Part shown: piece by piece, positions 30,805 through 41,571 of the stretch
How positions within the stretch are numbered: the stretch's first letter is position 1
Layout of the letters: every line of letters begins with the position of its first letter
Origin: Armatimonadota bacterium
Lineage (GTDB): Bacteria; Armatimonadota; HRBIN16
Direction of reading: 5' to 3'
Length of the DNA: 64,000 nt
Assembly (NCBI GenBank): GCA_963677485.1
Contig: OY781964.1
Location: forward strand, 768,001-832,000
Notes under the pieces: model-generated
Seen by the model: only the letters and a program-made list of their open reading frames with translations
The model's database searches: none
What the model was told of the DNA's origin: nothing
Program-made: the position numbers and the translations under genes

Positions 30805-31445
30805 TGGCTATCACACTAAAAATCAATCCTGATGCGCCGCAGCCTGAGTTAATCGCTCGCGTGGCTGATTGTTTACGAAATGGCGGTGTCGTCGCATTCC
30901 CCACTGAGACCGTGTATGGTCTGGCCGCCAGTCTGGGTTCGGAGGATGGGATCAGAAGGGTATGGGAAGTGAAACGAAGGCCAGATAACAAGCCTTTACC
31001 CGTGCAAATAGCCCATGCCACGCAGCTTGGTTCCGTATGGCGTGAGTTGCCTCACCACGCCATGCCGCTCATTCAAGCCTTCATGCCAGGGCCGCTTACC
31101 TTGGTCTATTGGAAACACAACACGATACCGGATTTTATCAATGCGGGTCTACCCAGCCTGGGTGTACGAATCCCACAGCATCCTGTCGCCTTGTCCATGA
31201 TCACCCAACTGGGGGTAGCCATTGTTGCACCCAGTGCGAATATATCTGGCGAAGCGGCACCAGTCAAAGCTTCTGACATCAGTGTGGAATTACGCAACAA
31301 GATCGACATTGTGATTGATGCTGGCGCATGCCCGGGAGGGTTGCCATCAACGGTGCTGGACATATGCTATACACCGGCTAGAATTCTAAGGGCTGGAGAG
31401 ATAGGAAGAGATGAGCTGGAGCTTTACCTGCCAATAGCCGACTAG
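30804..31445 (+). CDS. tsaC: Threonylcarbamoyl-AMP synthase (YrdC/Sua5 family)
   Basis: 'VAFPTETVYGL', 'KRRPDNKPL', 'PGPLT', 'APSANISG', 'PSTVLD'. Confidence 0.92.
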   Translation: MAITLKINPDAPQPELIARVADCLRNGGVVAFPTETVYGLAASLGSEDGIRRVWEVKRRPDNKPLPVQIAHATQLGSVWRELPHHAMPLIQAFMPGPLTLVYWKHNTIPDFINAGLPSLGVRIPQHPVALSMITQLGVAIVAPSANISGEAAPVKASDISVELRNKIDIVIDAGACPGGLPSTVLDICYTPARILRAGEIGRDELELYLPIAD

Positions 31446-31462
31446 CGTCGGCGACAACCGTC

Positions 31463-33622
31463 TTAAGACAGCAGCTCTTTACTGTCTGACAAGACAATAC
31501 TAAAGCACATCGCGTCTGCAACCGCGTTCAGATTAAACTGCTGGTCCATGTCGATGGGTGCTGCCGATTTTCGAAATCCCACCAAAACACCGACCACCCT
31601 CTCTCGCCACACCATCGGCTGCACAATGATAGTCTCAATACCATGGGCCACTAGATGATTCCACCAGGCTTCATCAATTCGATTGCTGCTGAGTTGGCTA
31701 AGCTGGTAAAACTGGTGAGTATTACACGCCAGGCTTAGTGGTGACTCGGGCTCAAGCAGACCCCATTTTTCCACGGCTTGAATACTAAACCCCGGTACGG
31801 TGGCCGCAGCCTGCGATGCAAGGCCACACCAGGATGCTTTTTGACTGTCATATGAGCCTATCCAGATCGCATCACTGCTTCCGGAATCGACTAACGAATC
31901 CGCCAGTGACTGACCGATATCGCCAGCCTCCGCCTTTTGGGCCATATGCCGGTAAAGTTTCGCCTTGATATCCATCACGCGGTCGGGAACCGGGGCTCGC
32001 TTTACCTGAGTGATTTGTGCGGTGACGTCATCGCCAATCATTGCCCACTGTACTTTTTTGTCCGTACTGACGAGCTTGCAGACGCTCCATCGGAACTTGC
32101 GCACCTGCCCAGATGATGTCACCAGATTTTCTTCAATATTGGCAGGTAACCTGCTGGTCAGCAGCAAAATGAAGCGTGCCCTAACGTCATCCTGCCTTGC
32201 CTCAGGAATGAATGTTGTGACGAAATTCAAGCCAATAATTCTATTTTGTCGTATACCGAACACTTGCTCCGTATATTGATTGCACCGTTCAATCCGTAAA
32301 TGCTCATCAAGCTGTAGCACGACAGTATGAATGCTGTTCATCAGCGTTTCGTAATAGCTGTTTTGAGACTCAAGTTCCTGCTGTTTGTGAACAGCATCCG
32401 TCACATCGCGGCAGGTTCCTGCCACTATGGCAGGTGTCCCCTGCTCATCCCATGCCACTACACTGGCATGGTTACTCAACCATCGCTGCTGCCCCTCGAT
32501 TGAGTTAATGGGATGGTCCAAATCGTATCGGTCTCGCTTACCCTTGGCACAATCGGACACGTATTCGCTCACAAGCTTACGGTAAGGTTCCGGTATGTGG
32601 CGCATCAAGCTGGCCACCATCACACTATTAGATTCGCTTGACAGGCTGAACATACGCATCAAAGCTTGGTTGACGCGAATAACCCCCGTATCAAGTTGTA
32701 GAACCCATACGCCTTCCTGCCCACCTGTTACCCCATAATCCTCCAATGACCGAGGAGGGGCAGGTATGACTGGCGTTTTTCGGAACTTGAAGACACCAAA
32801 TCCCCCCAACAAGCCGCCAACGGCTGTAAATAGAACCGACAGCCATATCAAACGCACATCGGTGTCCACTACAGGCAAATACGGGGTCAGCCACAGCTCT
32901 TCATACTTTGCGTAGGAGCCATCCTCGTGCATCTGTTCAATGGCCTCATTAAAGGACTGGGTGAGTTCCAGTCGGCCCCGTTGGGTAATCACGCAGAAAG
33001 ACCTGTGGTTCAAGGGAAGCGTCAGGGTCGACAGCTCGTTCATTCTCTTGTTGGTTTGGCAGTAACCGACCGTCGCTTCTGGAGCCAAGGTGGCATCATA
33101 ACGGTGGTCATTCACGGAGGCAATAATCTGAATCGTATTGAGACTTCGTTCCGCGTCACCGATACCCAATGATTCCATGTGATACGGCAGGTTGACACCT
33201 GACGTCACCACGACTTTTTTCAATGCCAACTGATCGGTTTTGTATATACCGCTTCGACGGTTGTATGCAACCACGGTGTTATACGATGCATACCCGCTGC
33301 TGCACTCCACTTTCGAAAGCAAGGATTCCGAGAACGCGACTCCCACAGCCAGATCAACTTTGGCAGCTATCACAGAAGGAACCAAATCCTCATAGTTCAT
33401 AGCTACCCATGTGATGGAGTAACCGCGCTTTGCTGCAAAATTCTTGAGGAGGCTGATGGAGAAACCAGACGGGGCCTGACCTTCTTCAAATTCATATGGT
33501 GGAAAGGAGGAGTTGTATGCCACACGCAGAGGGGTTAAGTGCTTACTAGCCGAACCAGGAGAAGACGCACAAACGAACAACACGAAAATCAGGCATATTA
33601 TGATATGCATGTTTCGGCTCAT
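31463..33622 (-). CDS. Membrane sensor: periplasmic amino-acid-binding domain (SBP family 3), TM, PAS, PAS, GAF-like; no output domain
   Basis: 'FPPYEF', 'DGSYAKYEELW', TM helix, PAS 'RWLSNHASVVAWDEQG..AGTCRDVT', second PAS, C-terminal 'PMVWRERVVGVL'. Confidence 0.75.
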   Translation of the reverse strand: MSRNMHIIICLIFVLFVCASSPGSASKHLTPLRVAYNSSFPPYEFEEGQAPSGFSISLLKNFAAKRGYSITWVAMNYEDLVPSVIAAKVDLAVGVAFSESLLSKVECSSGYASYNTVVAYNRRSGIYKTDQLALKKVVVTSGVNLPYHMESLGIGDAERSLNTIQIIASVNDHRYDATLAPEATVGYCQTNKRMNELSTLTLPLNHRSFCVITQRGRLELTQSFNEAIEQMHEDGSYAKYEELWLTPYLPVVDTDVRLIWLSVLFTAVGGLLGGFGVFKFRKTPVIPAPPRSLEDYGVTGGQEGVWVLQLDTGVIRVNQALMRMFSLSSESNSVMVASLMRHIPEPYRKLVSEYVSDCAKGKRDRYDLDHPINSIEGQQRWLSNHASVVAWDEQGTPAIVAGTCRDVTDAVHKQQELESQNSYYETLMNSIHTVVLQLDEHLRIERCNQYTEQVFGIRQNRIIGLNFVTTFIPEARQDDVRARFILLLTSRLPANIEENLVTSSGQVRKFRWSVCKLVSTDKKVQWAMIGDDVTAQITQVKRAPVPDRVMDIKAKLYRHMAQKAEAGDIGQSLADSLVDSGSSDAIWIGSYDSQKASWCGLASQAAATVPGFSIQAVEKWGLLEPESPLSLACNTHQFYQLSQLSSNRIDEAWWNHLVAHGIETIIVQPMVWRERVVGVLVGFRKSAAPIDMDQQFNLNAVADAMCFSIVLSDSKELLS

Positions 33623-33829
33623 GGCGTCCCCTCCCTTCATTGGTCGTTATGGTTTTAACTGGTGGATGCTGATAAGGTTCATCGCCTTATATATCAACTT
33701 ATACCACATTAGGTTTCCATATACAAACATTATGCGATATCACCATGACATATTGCTAGGTGATATCGCATATTATCGTGAATAAACGAATTATTTACGT
33801 TAAGGGAATGGTGGTGCAACCGCTTACGA

Positions 33830-34693
33830 CTAGAGCAGTGTTTTAGCGATTTTTTCTATCTCGGCAAACTGCTCAGAAACGAGTAACTGTGCATAGCTGG
33901 TGATCTCACCGGTGACCATCATCTTCCTCCAGGCTGCCCACGGGTGAGCCATACGCCAACCCTTTACCTGTGCAGACAGTATGGAGCGTTCTGCCTGTAG
34001 ATAGGCTTCACGCGTCGGCTCATCCCAAGCGACCATATTCCGAGCTAGCGTGGCGATCCGGCTGATGATGGCATCGGCATATTTCCGGCCTAACTCGGCA
34101 GAGGCACCAGGAGGAGCGGTCACAATCGGCTTGTATTCCGGGTCATACTCGAGTTGCTGTAAATCCGTCATCTCGGGAAAAAGATGCAAAGCTAACGAGG
34201 TTTCACCGATACCGGCATGATCACCCAGGTAACCCTGGTCTTGCGCCAGCCAGTATTCCGGCAACCCAATCACAGGAATTTGCAGCCGTTCCGTCATGCG
34301 GACAGCGACTTCGCGCACCACGATCTGCTGGTTGTGCCCGTAGTGACCTGTCAAAATAAAAATCGCTTTGAAGCCTAGTCGGTGGAATTCGTAGCACAAC
34401 TGTTCTAGCCAGGGGCGAAGCAGCAGGTTGGGCCAATCATTCTCGCCTTCGATTTTCACCGTCGCCGGTTTTTCCAAACCACCCATACCGCCATATAGTG
34501 CTGGGTGAACCACACCACCACCCGCCTGCGAACAGGCTTGCATCAGCAGCCGATGCGCCTTTACAGCATCAAGGCCCAGTGTATTGTGCTCACCGTGCCA
34601 CTCTACGGTTCCTAATGGCAAGAAGCAGACCGGCAATGCCGATTGAGCTTCGCGGAACTGCTTTGGCAGCATCCTCTCCCAATTCGTCTCCAT
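33830..34693 (-). CDS. Creatininase-family amidohydrolase
   Basis: 'LPLGTVEWHGEHNTLGLD', 'TGHYG', 'DHAGIGETS'. Confidence 0.88.
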   Translation of the reverse strand: METNWERMLPKQFREAQSALPVCFLPLGTVEWHGEHNTLGLDAVKAHRLLMQACSQAGGGVVHPALYGGMGGLEKPATVKIEGENDWPNLLLRPWLEQLCYEFHRLGFKAIFILTGHYGHNQQIVVREVAVRMTERLQIPVIGLPEYWLAQDQGYLGDHAGIGETSLALHLFPEMTDLQQLEYDPEYKPIVTAPPGASAELGRKYADAIISRIATLARNMVAWDEPTREAYLQAERSILSAQVKGWRMAHPWAAWRKMMVTGEITSYAQLLVSEQFAEIEKIAKTLL

Positions 34694-34754
34694 AGCCGAT
34701 ATCCCCCCTCGGTCTGTAAATGGTGTGTCTGTCAGAACGAAACCCTCACGATCG

Positions 34755-35141
34755 CTATTTCAGCAGATCCCTGCACTGCTCCATCAAGCAGTCCACATGT
34801 TCCATGTTGGCATCATCAACGGCTGCGTCATAGTCAGCATTCTTCTCAAGACAGCAGCTCTGAGAGATGACGACATAGGCGAAATTCTCAACACCTGCAC
34901 GCTCAACAACGCGTTTTGCGCACCCCTGTTGACAACCGTCAAGCACAAGCACCTTCTCGCAGCATTTAACCGAGGTGACTTTGGAAGAGACGTGGGCCCC
35001 CAGGCTTGTTGCGCAGGTAAATCGCCCTGCGCCTTCTCTGTCCAGCCTTTTGGCCACCTCTACGGCTATCTGTCCAACATTACACGCTCCTGAGCAGGCT
35101 AAGACCGCCTTCTCTGACTTGCCGTGGCGAATAGGTGCCAT
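34755..35141 (-). CDS. DGC-domain putative zinc-binding protein
   Basis: 'ACSGACNVGQ', 'LDGCQQGCAKR'. Confidence 0.8.
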   Translation of the reverse strand: MAPIRHGKSEKAVLACSGACNVGQIAVEVAKRLDREGAGRFTCATSLGAHVSSKVTSVKCCEKVLVLDGCQQGCAKRVVERAGVENFAYVVISQSCCLEKNADYDAAVDDANMEHVDCLMEQCRDLLK

Positions 35142-35294
35142 TTGAATACCCTCCATCGAAGCACGCTTGGCAGGCGAGAAAAAAAGACTCACCTGATTCC
35201 ATCTTAGGCCACGTGTTAGATAAATGTCAATAACATATCATCAAGATCAAGGTAAGATATGAATGATGGATACACATATTCAGGTGGTGTTACG

Positions 35295-36236
35295 ATGATA
35301 ACTGTGAAAAAACATATCACGAATCTAGCACTATTACTGGCTGCGTCCATATGTAGTGCCACACCGGTCATCCTCGTCGCACCAACAAACTCCGACGCGG
35401 GTAATATCAACCAAGGTGAACCAGTTAACTTCAGTGTCGAGGTTTATAACAAAGGGGACCAAACCCTGAAACTCTCGGCGACATCCGGGTGTAACTGCGG
35501 CAAGGTTGATGTAGAACCATTAGTGCCACCGAAAGAGATGGTGCTGCTGAAATACTTGGTCCAGACCAACGACATGCAGGGTAAAACAACCCGTAGCGTG
35601 CAGCTTCATTCCAATGATCCAAAACACCCCAACATAAATCTAATCTTTCGTATGAATGTCAAAGCTCCAATCTGGCTGGAACCTACCGAGCCCACCTTGA
35701 TCAACCTCACTGCAGGTGCTATCGCCAAACGCACATTCATGGTCAAAAGCTCATCTCAAGCACCGGTAGTACTCGGCGAACCGTCTGGCCTGCCGCAGTA
35801 TTGCACTGCTAGGGTTCAAGGGAACCGCGTGATTCTGACCGTCACCCCCTATGCCCCATACGGTCGAAGTGGTTTCACGGCCAATATACCAGTCATCAAG
35901 CCGACCGAAGGTTCTGTAAATGCCGTTGTAGCGATTAACAAAGGAATCGTGTCAGAACCAGCCAGCCTCTACCTGGGTAGCAGCTCCACAGCAACGGTTA
36001 AGCCCATGAAGTCGCGTGTCGTTCTTAACGCCATATCCCCATTCACAGTTTCCGCTGTGACGGCACCAAGAGAGCTCGCTGTCGTGGTCAAGAAGATTCG
36101 CCCTAACAGTTGGGCTGTTGAGGTCACCATGACCAAACCACTTGCTAAGGGGATATACAGGAACACAGTGGTTTTGAAAACAAATCAGCCTGGACAAAGC
36201 AGCCTAAGGATACCTGTTGTGGCCATACGATATTAA
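35295..36236 (+). CDS. Secreted DUF1573/Ig-like domain protein
   Basis: Signal peptide, 'DAGNINQG..F..YNKGDQTL..SGCNC', 'SNDP'. Confidence 0.75.
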   Translation: MITVKKHITNLALLLAASICSATPVILVAPTNSDAGNINQGEPVNFSVEVYNKGDQTLKLSATSGCNCGKVDVEPLVPPKEMVLLKYLVQTNDMQGKTTRSVQLHSNDPKHPNINLIFRMNVKAPIWLEPTEPTLINLTAGAIAKRTFMVKSSSQAPVVLGEPSGLPQYCTARVQGNRVILTVTPYAPYGRSGFTANIPVIKPTEGSVNAVVAINKGIVSEPASLYLGSSSTATVKPMKSRVVLNAISPFTVSAVTAPRELAVVVKKIRPNSWAVEVTMTKPLAKGIYRNTVVLKTNQPGQSSLRIPVVAIRY

Positions 36237-36291
36237 GTCGCTGTCTCTAACTACCGCCAAATTCGCAACCGAACACAGGAGAAATATCGAT

Positions 36292-37173
36292 ATGAGTATT
36301 CAGGTTGATTGGAGTAACCCATACGCTGACCGAAACGGAACATGGTTAAAGGGGAACCTGCACGCACATACCAATCCTGCCAGTCTGTGCGCTCAGATAT
36401 TGGTTGAGGAGTGTATCAGTCGCTATGTTCAGCTCAGATATGACTTTATATCCATCTCAGACCACTTCAACTATAAGCCGAGGGTTGATGAACGCATCAC
36501 CATCATTCCGGGGATGGAATGGAATGCCAAGGATGGGGGTTCGCATACCGGCATCTATGCGAATTCTGGAGAGGTTGTTAAAGCAGCGATCGAGATTCAC
36601 GACCACAACGAATTACTACGTTATATGTCCAAAACCGATGCTCTCGTGATACTCAACCACCCGAACTGGCAGCTCAGACCACATTACAGGCGTGAGGAGA
36701 TGCTGGCGGCCACCCCGTATGACGGTATCGAGATATACAACGGCGTGATAGAGCGACTGGATGGTTATTCCATCGCGACCGACAAATGGGACTTCCTTTT
36801 GGCCAAAGACCGAAAGGTGCTTGGTTTTGCCAGTGATGATTCGCATGCCTATGGCGACATTGGTCTGGCCAGTATTCATGTCAGGTCGAAGTCGCGGAAT
36901 GAGTGCGATATCATGTCAGCCATCAAGTCAGGTAATTTCTACTGCTCAAATGGAGTCACTATACGCGATATTCACATGACGGGCGGCATGATCGAGTTAT
37001 CATCACCTGACGCCGAAGAGATCCACGTTCGTGCTGACGGCGGTACACTCATCAAACGGGTGATGGGCAACTCCATCAAAATAGACATGGCGGACTACGG
37101 CGTCAAATATATGCGGTTCGCGTTGTATGGTCAAGGCAGTGCCATGGCCTGGACCCAGCCCTTTTTCAAGTAG
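36292..37173 (+). CDS. PHP-domain (CehA/McbA-like) metallohydrolase
   Basis: 'KGNLHAHT', 'ISDH', 'GMEW', 'NHP', 'SDDSH', 'AWTQP'. Confidence 0.85.
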   Translation: MSIQVDWSNPYADRNGTWLKGNLHAHTNPASLCAQILVEECISRYVQLRYDFISISDHFNYKPRVDERITIIPGMEWNAKDGGSHTGIYANSGEVVKAAIEIHDHNELLRYMSKTDALVILNHPNWQLRPHYRREEMLAATPYDGIEIYNGVIERLDGYSIATDKWDFLLAKDRKVLGFASDDSHAYGDIGLASIHVRSKSRNECDIMSAIKSGNFYCSNGVTIRDIHMTGGMIELSSPDAEEIHVRADGGTLIKRVMGNSIKIDMADYGVKYMRFALYGQGSAMAWTQPFFK

Positions 37174-37204
37174 AAGCTTGCAATTCATCGGGGTATTTCC
37201 GGTG

Positions 37205-37529
37205 GTGGGATGACCTTGGTAGCGATCAGGGTTTCTCCGGGCGTAGGGATGACCCTTGTGGTCATCCGAACACGGTTTTGGATACCAACCCGCTGCCCCG
37301 TAACGCAACCCGAGTCCGCCGGTTTACATCGCCGCGGACGGCCACAAGGGCCGTCCCTACGGATTCACTGTGCAGTGAACTCAACGCCAAGCGTGTACAA
37401 GCCTCCCGGTCGTAGGGATGACCCTGGTGGTCATCCGAACACGTTTTTGGATACCGACCCGTTACCCCGATGCGCAACACAGGCCTGCCGGTACACATCG
37501 CCGCGGACGGCCACAAGGGCCGTCCTTAC
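37205..37529. repeat. REP family A: two tandem 118-bp REP doublets (37243-37360, 37412-37529) plus a degenerate copy
   Basis: GTAGGGATGACCCT(T/G)GTGGTCATCCG...66 nt...CGGACGGCCACAAGGGCCGTCC(C/T)TAC. Confidence 0.88.
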
Positions 37530-37653
37530 AGATCCGTTGTGCGGTTCATCTGATAGCTCACAGGCAGCTCAACCCACGCATTGAAAGCGTTAATTTTTGC
37601 GAAACTGTGGGCAAATCGGTCACAATGTACATGATCCCCCAATTGAGGTTTTC

Positions 37654-39489
37654 ATGGAATACGAACTTCTTGCCCCTGCACGTGACCTGGAATGCGGACG
37701 CATCGCAGTAGATTGCGGTGCTGATTCGGTCTACATCGGTGCCCCCCGCTTCTCCGCTCGCGAAGACGCCGGTAACACCCTGGAAGATATCAGCCAACTG
37801 GTTCAATACGCCCACAGATACTGGGTAAAAATATATGTTGCACTAAACACCCTGCTCACCGATGGTGAGCTCAAACAAGCCACACGAATCGCCCATCAAT
37901 GTGCCGAAATCGGCGTTGATGGCCTCATCATACAAGATATGGGCCTGCTGATGGCGGACCTGCCAGATATCCCCCTCATCGCCAGCACCCAGATGCATAA
38001 CCATACCCCGGAACGGGTGGCCTTTCTGCACGATATGGGCATTCAGAGGGCAATTTTGGCCCGCGAACTGAGCCTTGATGAGATTCAAGCGATCCATGAC
38101 CACACCCCCGCGATGGAGCTTGAGGTATTCATCCATGGAGCCTTATGCGTATGCTACTCAGGCCAATGCACCCTGAGTTACGCCATGGGCGGCCGAAGCG
38201 GCAACCGCGGCCAGTGTGCCCAACCTTGCCGTCTGCGATACGCTTTGCAGGACGACAATGGGAACGAGCTGCACCCCTCTGCTCACCTTCTTTCCATCAA
38301 GGATTTGAACCAGACCTCCAACCTGCGTGACTTGATCGATGCAGGAGTGTGCAGTTTCAAGATTGAAGGGCGGCTGAAAGGCCCAGACTATGTCAAGAAT
38401 GTGGTCACCCACTATCGGCGTCATCTGGACATCGAGCTGGAAGCCCGCGGGCTGAAACGATGTTCCAGCGGCAGGACTCAGACAGACATGCTGACCGACC
38501 CGTCCAAGAGCTTTAACCGTGGGTTCACCACTCACCACATCTACGGCAGGACATCGCGTCTGGCCAACTGGACCACCCCAAAAATGCTGGGTGAACGCAT
38601 CGGCGAGGTGATCCAGTGCGATACCCGTGGTTTGAGTGTGCGCACGGATGCCACTCTGACCCCAGGTGACGGCATCTGCTATGTGGATTCACGCGGCAAT
38701 ATGGCTGGGTTCACGCTGAATGCGGTCGATGGGTTTAGACTGACCCCAGGCCGTTTCGACAAAATGCCCATCGGGACCGTGCTTTACCGCAACCACGACC
38801 ATCTTTTTAACAAGCAGCTCACCAAAGCCAAAGTGGAACGTCTACTGCGGGTCAGTCTGGCCATGGAAGGTTCGCTGGAGGCACTGACGCTCAGCATCAC
38901 CGACGCGGACGGCATCTGCAGCAGCCATCGGTTGGACGGTCCGTTCGTCATCGCTGAACAGGCGGAGCGCGCCAATGAGACCATATCACGGCAACTTGGG
39001 AAACTAGGCGCAGCCAATATGGAGGCGACCGAGATATCGGTGCAGCTTGACCCCGCCCCCTTCGTGCCCATGAGCGTCCTGAATGAGTTTCGCCGAGGCG
39101 CGATTGAAGCCCACTGGCTGCAACGTGTCGCCCAGATGCCCAGAGGACATCGCGGTGAGATGCAGTCAGACACCCCCTATCCTGAGCCCAAACTTGATTT
39201 CCGTGCCAATGTGATGAACCCGCTAGCCCTAGAGTTCTACCGCATTCATGAAGCTGAGGTCACAGAACGGGCGGCCGAGACGGGTTTGGAAATGGGCAAT
39301 CGGCCCGTTATGACGACCAAATATTGCATCAAACATGAGCTTAACGTCTGCCCGAAGCAGAACCCAACCACAAACCTGACCGAGCCCCTGTGGCTGGTTG
39401 ATGAAATGGGTTCTCGATTACGGCTTCGCTTCAACTGTGCCCGCTGCCAGATGGAGGTGTGGACGGAATCAGGCGCGCAACACTCATGA
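37654..39489 (+). CDS. U32 peptidase-family protein with DUF3656 (RlhA-like RNA hydroxylase)
   Basis: 'ELLAPA', 'GADSVYIG', 'ASTQM', 'ILAREL', 'HGALCVCYSGQC', 'NRGQCAQPCR', 'KIEGR'. Confidence 0.88.
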   Translation: MEYELLAPARDLECGRIAVDCGADSVYIGAPRFSAREDAGNTLEDISQLVQYAHRYWVKIYVALNTLLTDGELKQATRIAHQCAEIGVDGLIIQDMGLLMADLPDIPLIASTQMHNHTPERVAFLHDMGIQRAILARELSLDEIQAIHDHTPAMELEVFIHGALCVCYSGQCTLSYAMGGRSGNRGQCAQPCRLRYALQDDNGNELHPSAHLLSIKDLNQTSNLRDLIDAGVCSFKIEGRLKGPDYVKNVVTHYRRHLDIELEARGLKRCSSGRTQTDMLTDPSKSFNRGFTTHHIYGRTSRLANWTTPKMLGERIGEVIQCDTRGLSVRTDATLTPGDGICYVDSRGNMAGFTLNAVDGFRLTPGRFDKMPIGTVLYRNHDHLFNKQLTKAKVERLLRVSLAMEGSLEALTLSITDADGICSSHRLDGPFVIAEQAERANETISRQLGKLGAANMEATEISVQLDPAPFVPMSVLNEFRRGAIEAHWLQRVAQMPRGHRGEMQSDTPYPEPKLDFRANVMNPLALEFYRIHEAEVTERAAETGLEMGNRPVMTTKYCIKHELNVCPKQNPTTNLTEPLWLVDEMGSRLRLRFNCARCQMEVWTESGAQHS

Positions 39490-39515
39490 GCATTATGGGT
39501 GTATCATAATTTGAG

Positions 39516-40679
39516 ATGACACAGTTTTTAGGTTTTAATATGACTTCCCAAAGTCATATCAAAGGTAATGCGCAGTATGACAGGCGCACGAAGCACTTGG
39601 TCCACAGGTTGCGTCCTGGAGAGATCGCCATCATCGATCATGGCGACCTCGATGGACTGGCAGCTCAGACCCTCGTGCAGTGCCGTCCGGCGGCCGTCAT
39701 CAACCTTAGCCGCAGTATCTCTGGTCTGTATCCCAACACCGGCCCCACCATTCTGCTGGCTGCTGGGATTGCCCTGTTTGAATGCCAGCACCGTGAGCTG
39801 TTAAGTCACCTGACTCGGCCGGTAGCAGCCGAGATCACGCCCGAAAACAAGCTGCGGATCCGTGGTGTCGCTGAGGTGTTTACCCTTCAGCCCATCACTA
39901 AAGAGCTAGTCGATGAGCAACTGGCCGAAGCCCGCGAAAACCTTAAAAGCGAAATGATGAACTTCGCAAGCAACACTCTTGAGTATCTGCAAAAAGAGGC
40001 AGGGCCGCTGCTGGACCCACTGCACCTGCCTGGTGTCAAGACTGTGATGCAGAACAAGCACGTGGTGGTGGTGGTGAGAGGTTCGCGCTTTGAGGCTGAC
40101 CTGGAGGCGATCTCAGGATACATGCGTGACGTCAAGCCCGTCATCATCGCGGTAGACGGTGCCGCCGATTCGTTGATATCACGGGGCTTCAAGCCGCACA
40201 TCATACTCGGTGACATGGACAGCGTGAGTGACGAAGCGCTGCGCAGTGGTGCCGAACTGCTAACCCATCAGTATGCGAACAGCCAGAAGGCATCACCTGC
40301 ACTCCAACGCATGCAGGAACAACATTTACCTCATATCGTGTGGCGGTTTCTGGGAACCAGCGAAGACCTGGCCATGCTGCTTGCCTACGAACTCGGGGCC
40401 AAACTCATCGTGACTGTAGGCAGTCATTTCAGTATGATTGAGTTTCTTGAGAAGGGGCGTATGGGTATGTCAAGCACCTTCCTCACACGGCTGCGTGTGG
40501 GTGATCGACTGGTAGACGCCAAGGGGGTGAGCCGATTGTGGACAAGCCGCCTTCCGCGGACGGAGCTGTCGCTATTAATCGTCTCCGCCCTGGTCCCGGT
40601 CATCGCAGCATTCTGTCTATCACCATCTGGCCGACACATTATAAAATTGGTCGGTATGTGGTTCAAACTAAACTTCTAA
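39516..40679 (+). CDS. steA: SteA-like protein (thiamine pyrophosphokinase-like domain, C-terminal TM)
   Basis: 'DRRTKHL..RLRPGEIAIIDHGDLD', 'ISGLYPN.GP', 'VDGAAD', 'GDMDSV', 'GMSSTFLTRLRVG..LVDAKGVS'. Confidence 0.85.
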   Translation: MTQFLGFNMTSQSHIKGNAQYDRRTKHLVHRLRPGEIAIIDHGDLDGLAAQTLVQCRPAAVINLSRSISGLYPNTGPTILLAAGIALFECQHRELLSHLTRPVAAEITPENKLRIRGVAEVFTLQPITKELVDEQLAEARENLKSEMMNFASNTLEYLQKEAGPLLDPLHLPGVKTVMQNKHVVVVVRGSRFEADLEAISGYMRDVKPVIIAVDGAADSLISRGFKPHIILGDMDSVSDEALRSGAELLTHQYANSQKASPALQRMQEQHLPHIVWRFLGTSEDLAMLLAYELGAKLIVTVGSHFSMIEFLEKGRMGMSSTFLTRLRVGDRLVDAKGVSRLWTSRLPRTELSLLIVSALVPVIAAFCLSPSGRHIIKLVGMWFKLNF

Positions 40680-40695
40680 TAATGAGAATAAGCCG

Positions 40696-41571
40696 ATGAA
40701 TCCCGGATTACGATATCATATAGCCAGCCTGGCGGCGGTTTTTCTTGCCCTTACTGTGGGCTTGCTCATAGGTGGCCTGTTCCTCAACACCGCTCCGACC
40801 ACCACTCAGGACAAGTTGATAAACCGCATCCAAGGCGACATCGAGACACTGACAAATGAAAGTAACGCCAATAAACAGGCCCTAGAACGAAATCGAGAGT
40901 TCATAAAGGCACTGGCGCCAGCACTTCAAAACTCGCTGATGAAAACAAGAAGCGTGTCAGTGGTGATGACTGGTGACGACACCAAGGCACTCGATGAAGC
41001 CATCTCCGCTGTTCGTGAATCAGGTGCTAAACTCAATGGTGTCATCCGAATTACCGATAAATATGAAATTAAGTCGCCCCGAAACAGGCAAAACCTCATT
41101 GACAACCTGCGCTTGGCATACCCAAACCTGCCAAATGACAACCAGGCTATCATACGGTGTATCGCCAACTCGGCATTCATACCGTCGTCGTTCGATGCAA
41201 TTCGAAAAACTCTCTCAGATGCAGGCATCATCGACTTCGAAGGCAGCTTTAATGAACAAAACACGGTGATTTTACTCGTTGGCGGCAACAGCACAGACAG
41301 CGAACGTGTTGTGACGCTTGATAAGCCGATGATTAGCATTTGGAAAGCCAACAACCTAAAAGTGGCCGCCAGCGAAAGGTCCGATGCCGCTTATTCGCAC
41401 ATATCGACGTACCGTGAAAGCAAAATCGCGGTTGTGGACTGCATCGACACGTTGATTGGCCGTCTGTTATTTAACGTGATATATGATGTTGAGCCGATGG
41501 TCTACGGTATCACCGAACAGGCTGACTTGACGACACCAAAGCGTATGGACCAGGTACTCAAAGTTAAATGA
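40696..41571 (+). CDS. SteB/MctB-family protein (DUF3186)
   Basis: 'RYHIASLAAVFLALTVGLLIG', coiled coil, 'VDCIDT..G'; follows steA. Confidence 0.8.
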   Translation: MNPGLRYHIASLAAVFLALTVGLLIGGLFLNTAPTTTQDKLINRIQGDIETLTNESNANKQALERNREFIKALAPALQNSLMKTRSVSVVMTGDDTKALDEAISAVRESGAKLNGVIRITDKYEIKSPRNRQNLIDNLRLAYPNLPNDNQAIIRCIANSAFIPSSFDAIRKTLSDAGIIDFEGSFNEQNTVILLVGGNSTDSERVVTLDKPMISIWKANNLKVAASERSDAAYSHISTYRESKIAVVDCIDTLIGRLLFNVIYDVEPMVYGITEQADLTTPKRMDQVLKVK

